Under the pieces are notes generated by a model that saw only the letters and a list, made by a program, of their open reading frames with translations, did not search any database and was not told where the DNA came from. Below are positions 60,080 through 64,000 of a stretch of 64,000 nt of DNA, piece by piece (position 1 is the first letter of the stretch; each line of letters opens with the position of its first letter). Source of the DNA: Desulfatiglandales bacterium. Lineage in GTDB: Bacteria > Desulfobacterota > DSM-4660 > Desulfatiglandales > Desulfatiglandaceae. Where the stretch lies: the NCBI GenBank assembly GCA_963662465.1, contig OY759599.1, forward strand, positions 3,744,001 to 3,808,000, written 5' to 3'. The translations under genes and the position numbers were made by a program.

Positions 60080-61615
60080 TTAGGGGTGAATCCCGCGTAA
60101 TTCATGAGTGTTTACCGGTAGTTTTACAGTGATTCGGGTCCCCCCCTGTTCTCCGCATTCCACAGTGATGTTTCCATGGTGTTGTTCCACGATGGCGTGG
60201 CAAATGCTGAGACCCAGACCCGTGCCGCCATCCTTGGTGGTAAAAAACGGGTCAAATATCCGCTGTCGGTACTCCCGGGGGATCCCCGGGCCATCGTCCG
60301 CAACGCTGATTTCCAGCATTTGATCCCCTGTGGGGGCCACCCTGGTTTCAAGGCTAATGGTTCCTTTTCCGGGCAGGGCCTGAATGGCATTTTGGATCAG
60401 ATTAAGGCAGATCTGCCCCAGTTTTTCCTCATCGCCCGGGATCTCGGGCAGCCCCTCTTCAAGCCGCTTTACAAAGGTAATACGGGAAGAATCCACCTCC
60501 AGTTCAGCCATACGCAGCATTCTTTCAAACAGTGGGTTCAGGTCCACGGATTTCAAGTTAAGGCGGTCCGGTCGGGCAAAGGCCAGCAATTCGCTGATAA
60601 GCTTGCCGGCCCGCTGACTGTTTCGATGAATGACCTGGAAATTTTCAGCGACCAGCCCTTCAGGGTTCATGTTTTCCATACAGAACTGGGCACATGAGCT
60701 GATGACCGCCAGTGGATTCCTGAGTTCGTGAGCAAGTCCCGCTGAAAGTTGTCCCAGGGAAGACATTTTTTCCGACCGGATCAGCATCTCTTCCATGCGT
60801 TTCTGTTGCGAGATATCCCGAAGAAAATTGAAGGTAGCCGGTCTGTCCTGCCATGTGGTGGCCACTGTCTGGCACACCACCCATAGAAAAGAACCGTCCT
60901 TTTTCCGTATTCTGAATTTGTTTTCGGTGGGCAAATGCTTCCCTGCCATTCGCTGACGGTATCGTTTTAGGGCTTCGGTACGATCATCGGGATGAAGCAG
61001 GGTTGAGAGGGGCGTATCCAGAATTTCGTCTCGGGAAAAACCCGTCAGTTCCACTCCCCTTTTATTGACAAACTTCAAGAGACCATTTTGAAGGACCACG
61101 ATGGCATCCGTGGAGTTGTTGACGATATTTTTATACTTGATCTGGGATTCCCTCAACCGAAAGGTTTTTTCCTTGAAGTCCCGTTCCAACTCAACAATAC
61201 GGTTTCTCAGTTCCTTCAGAACGGAGGTGTTTCTTAATGTCTGCTCCCTGTTGTTCAGTGCCCGTTGAACCGTCAGTTTGAGTTCCATCATATCGAAGGG
61301 TTTTATCAGGTAATCAATGGCGCCGTAGCGAAAAAATACCTTTTTGAGACCTCCCAGTTCAATGTTCCCGGTAATCATGATCACTTGAATATAGTGATCA
61401 ATTGCCTTGATCTGCTTGAGTGCTTCCACACCGCCCATTTTCGGCATGGCCACATCCAGGATGGCCACGTCGATGGGGTGCTTTTGGGTAAGCGCTACCG
61501 CCTCTTCGCCATCGCATGCGAAAAACAGGCTGTAGGCATCGTTTCGAAGCAGCTTTTCAAGCATTTTTCGAATACTCGGTTCGTCGTCGGCGATCAGGAT
61601 GTTTTTTTCAGCCAT
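60080..61615 (-). CDS. Hybrid kinase REC-PAS-HisKA-HATPase
   Basis: ILIADDE/ILDVAMP REC, PAS (LHPDD..RKKDGSFLWV), AHELRNPL. Confidence 0.92.
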   Translation of the reverse strand: MAEKNILIADDEPSIRKMLEKLLRNDAYSLFFACDGEEAVALTQKHPIDVAILDVAMPKMGGVEALKQIKAIDHYIQVIMITGNIELGGLKKVFFRYGAIDYLIKPFDMMELKLTVQRALNNREQTLRNTSVLKELRNRIVELERDFKEKTFRLRESQIKYKNIVNNSTDAIVVLQNGLLKFVNKRGVELTGFSRDEILDTPLSTLLHPDDRTEALKRYRQRMAGKHLPTENKFRIRKKDGSFLWVVCQTVATTWQDRPATFNFLRDISQQKRMEEMLIRSEKMSSLGQLSAGLAHELRNPLAVISSCAQFCMENMNPEGLVAENFQVIHRNSQRAGKLISELLAFARPDRLNLKSVDLNPLFERMLRMAELEVDSSRITFVKRLEEGLPEIPGDEEKLGQICLNLIQNAIQALPGKGTISLETRVAPTGDQMLEISVADDGPGIPREYRQRIFDPFFTTKDGGTGLGLSICHAIVEQHHGNITVECGEQGGTRITVKLPVNTHELRGIHP

Positions 61616-61800
61616 GGAGATTTTTTTCAAGAAATTGGGTTCAGGTCCGTCGACGCCCGTTCGGGCACAAGGGAAAACCGAGGTTTAAATTTTAATAACT
61701 TGCCCTGCAAAATGGCTGCAACATGCTGGAATAGCAGATTTAGTCAGCTTTTCGAGAGGACCAGGAAATAAAGAATGCTACTCCAGTTTTGTCGAGGATG

Positions 61801-62475
61801 TCAAGAAGAGATGTGCGAGACCATATAGTCGGACAATATTGCCTGTTTTTCCCGCAGCCCTGGCGTGTACAGGGTTTTGAAATAATCCCGCACCTTTTTG
61901 ATTTCTTTGAGTTCCAAAACATCTATGTCGTCTTCAAGATAAGACTTCACTCGATGGAAAGCCCCCATAAACAGAACGCCGCGACGTTCCAGGGTTTTGT
62001 TGATGCTTTCAGCCGTAAAGCGATCCCGATCCGCCATTAAGCGATCGCCGGTGAGACGCTTCCGAAAGGTTGACATTTCTGCTTTCCCATGGGAATTTTC
62101 CCGGGAAAGTTGGCGTGTTCGTTGGAGTTCCTGTTGAAGTAGCGCAAGGTCTTCGGTTTTTTTGATGATGCCGCCCCGGTTCATCAAGTCAAGGACAATC
62201 CGGTAATTGATACTTCCCCTTTTCACGCCTTCCCGGATAATTCTGTGGGCGAGTTCCCCGCCCACGGGAAGGCCGTCCTGAAATATTTCCAGACCATTGG
62301 CATCCATTTTAGCAAAATAGTCGGAGATTCGATCCCAGAACAATGCCACGGTTTTTTGGTGGTTTTGCCATTTACTTTCCCCGCATATTTCAAGTCCTTT
62401 TTCATTGGCAACGGCTGCCAGGCTTCCCAGGTCCGCTTCCTCGTGAATGATCGGAACATAAATCAAGCTTCTCAT
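61801..62475 (-). CDS. Conserved-looking hypothetical protein
   Basis: LIYVPIIH..DLGS, FQDGLP, RDRF.A..I, LFMGAFH motifs; AAGGAG RBS before ATG 62475. Confidence 0.65.
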   Translation of the reverse strand: MRSLIYVPIIHEEADLGSLAAVANEKGLEICGESKWQNHQKTVALFWDRISDYFAKMDANGLEIFQDGLPVGGELAHRIIREGVKRGSINYRIVLDLMNRGGIIKKTEDLALLQQELQRTRQLSRENSHGKAEMSTFRKRLTGDRLMADRDRFTAESINKTLERRGVLFMGAFHRVKSYLEDDIDVLELKEIKKVRDYFKTLYTPGLREKQAILSDYMVSHISS

Positions 62476-62532
62476 GGAGCGAATCTCCTTTTGATCAAGG
62501 GTCGGATGCAGGCAGCCGTAAACATTCGTCAA

Positions 62533-63621
62533 TCAATGCTTGCCCGTTGGCATTTTTATTTCCAGCATGCCATTCTTATAGGACCAAGTCATCTGATCGG
62601 CAGTTGCTTCGCGGGAAAGAAGAATTTCTTTCTGGTATTTTCGGTTGAGCCCGTCAGCAGTAATATTCAGGATGTCTCCCTTGATTTCGATGTGGACATC
62701 CTTTTCATCGATCCCGGGCATTTCAGCCACCACATTGATTTCTTCCGGTTCATCAAAGACGTCGATGATGGGTTCGCGCATCTCTTCCACCACCGGGCCC
62801 TTGGGTGTCTTTTTAATCGTCTTCTTAATATTCCCGAAAGGCTGAACCGATGGCCTGCCGTTCGCCATGGTGCCCACCCGGACACCGTAAACACCTTTCA
62901 GATCCTGGAGTCCCTTGATTTTATCAAGGCCACTGAAATCAAATTCTCCCGATTTAGATAATCCTTCGCCCTTTTCCGCCAGTTTTGACGCCGCTTCAAT
63001 CAAGTCTCCCAGCCCTTTAAAAAGGCCGCCAAGTCCAAAGCCCGCATCCACTTTTTTTTCATCCATGTCCGTTCCCTCCTGCTTAGTGTCTGTTTGTTGC
63101 TTATGGGTTATTTCCCAAACCCCTTCTTTTTCCGCACAGTTCAGATCGTTTGCTTCAAGAATCGCTTTGAGTCCCTTGACAAGTCCATATCCGGCCAAAC
63201 TTGAAAGAACTGGGACAGCGCTCACGACGGATGTGGATAGGTCCAATGATGCGCTCGCGATGGTTCCCAGCCCGGCCAGAATGCCCGAAGGCGTAAGGGC
63301 CTTCATCATATGGGTATTGATGTCATTAGCAAAATCATCAGCGTTTTCCCCGATTTCAGTCATGAACAGCGCGAATCGACCCCTGTCTAATTGAGAAAGT
63401 TCTCGAAATTTGGATAGACCGATCAGTTGAATGGCTTTGAGTCGATTTAAAAGGTCTTCCGACGGGATGCTTTGTCCCGCTTCGATCCTCATGACCGTGC
63501 TTCTCGATACGCCGAGTGTTTTGGCCAGGTCCGCCATGGACATGCTCCCGAACCGCTGCCGTATTTCTTTCAGGGTTATGCCACAGTTGTCACGCGTTAC
63601 CTTTTGGGGCATTTCTTTCAT
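62533..63621 (-). CDS. XRE-type HTH fused to an Hsp20 (GvpH-like, archaeal-type) domain
   Basis: LKEIRQRFGSMSMADLAKTLGVSRSTVMRIEAG; C-terminal GVYG.RV..PFGNI..REPIIDVFDE..VAEMPG..YKNGMLEIK. Confidence 0.85.
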   Translation of the reverse strand: MKEMPQKVTRDNCGITLKEIRQRFGSMSMADLAKTLGVSRSTVMRIEAGQSIPSEDLLNRLKAIQLIGLSKFRELSQLDRGRFALFMTEIGENADDFANDINTHMMKALTPSGILAGLGTIASASLDLSTSVVSAVPVLSSLAGYGLVKGLKAILEANDLNCAEKEGVWEITHKQQTDTKQEGTDMDEKKVDAGFGLGGLFKGLGDLIEAASKLAEKGEGLSKSGEFDFSGLDKIKGLQDLKGVYGVRVGTMANGRPSVQPFGNIKKTIKKTPKGPVVEEMREPIIDVFDEPEEINVVAEMPGIDEKDVHIEIKGDILNITADGLNRKYQKEILLSREATADQMTWSYKNGMLEIKMPTGKH

Positions 63622-63650
63622 GGTGCGAGTCCCTTCTCCGCGCCTTGTGT

Positions 63651-63712
63651 TGCAATACGTTGCATGTTGTTCCGATTGAATCCAAAAGTAACCATTCGGA
63701 AACGTGTGTCAA
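63651..63712 (-). promoter_or_regulatory. sigma70-like promoter with downstream palindromic operator
   Basis: TTGACA-N16-TACTTT (63712-63685); TGCAA-N4-TTGCA at 63651-63664. Confidence 0.5.
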
Positions 63713-63806
63713 CTTTTTTTCCTGAATTGTAACTCTGGTTTCAATGCGCTAAAGGTTGATTGCAGATTAACGTGAAATCGCGCTTTGAGACTGTTTCGGT
63801 TCGGGC

Positions 63807-63866
63807 TGTAGGTGCAACTTTAGTTGCACAGGGTAGGCTTAATGTGCGACTAAAGTCGCACCTACA
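63807..63866. repeat. REPIN: two inverted GTAG-type REP palindromes
   Basis: TGTAGGTGCAACTTTAGTTGCACA and inverted TGTAGGTGCGACTTTAGTCGCACA; the two differences are compensatory. Confidence 0.8.
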
Positions 63867-64000
63867 ATCGGCTCAGAAGCCAAATCTCACGCGAATTTAC
63901 GATGAGTCAAATGAAAGAAAGAATGCCGCTGGAACGGATTAATGTAGCTTTTGATGATCCGGATATAAAGTGGAGCAAGATGGTCATGGCGGACGCCATT

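Overview
Bacterial chromosome segment, probably from an anaerobic Desulfobacterota (deltaproteobacterial) organism judging by gene content; this is an inference, not a search result. (1) 1-15.2 kb is accessory and mobile DNA. It holds an edge-truncated secreted double-CHAP protein lying just after a canonical attC site; an IS91-type HUH transposase bounded by 17-bp inverted repeats that coincide with integron core sites; a complete ISAs1 element with TIRs, a 10-bp TSD and an A7G frameshift; an RHH/MazF toxin-antitoxin pair; an MFS transporter; AAA/DUF4143 ATPases; a three-subunit xanthine-dehydrogenase-family enzyme; and several gene remnants. (2) 15.3-31 kb is housekeeping: coaBC, UDG, nfeD/stomatin, ispD, hemC, a PHP protein, and a sigma54-driven gdhA operon whose response regulator is split at a poly-C tract. 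(3) 31.3-63.6 kb is a ~32-kb, almost entirely minus-strand gas vesicle locus: gvpA x2, GvpC-like proteins, gvpN, GvpF/L x4, gvpG, gvpO, gvpJ, gvpK and a GvpA/J fusion. It is interleaved with an unusually full chaperone set (CDC48/p97, DnaK, two further Hsp70s, a J-domain fused to GvpF/L, two DnaJ-type Zn fingers, Hsp20 domains, a GET3/ArsA ATPase) and sigma54 two-component regulators. The most notable unannotated signals are a twice-repeated structured RNA motif in the early gvp operon, the IS91 transposase packaged like an integron cassette, an antisense sigma54-type promoter at gvpA, and pervasive 7-bp tandem repeats at gene junctions. No rRNA, tRNA or CRISPR array was seen.
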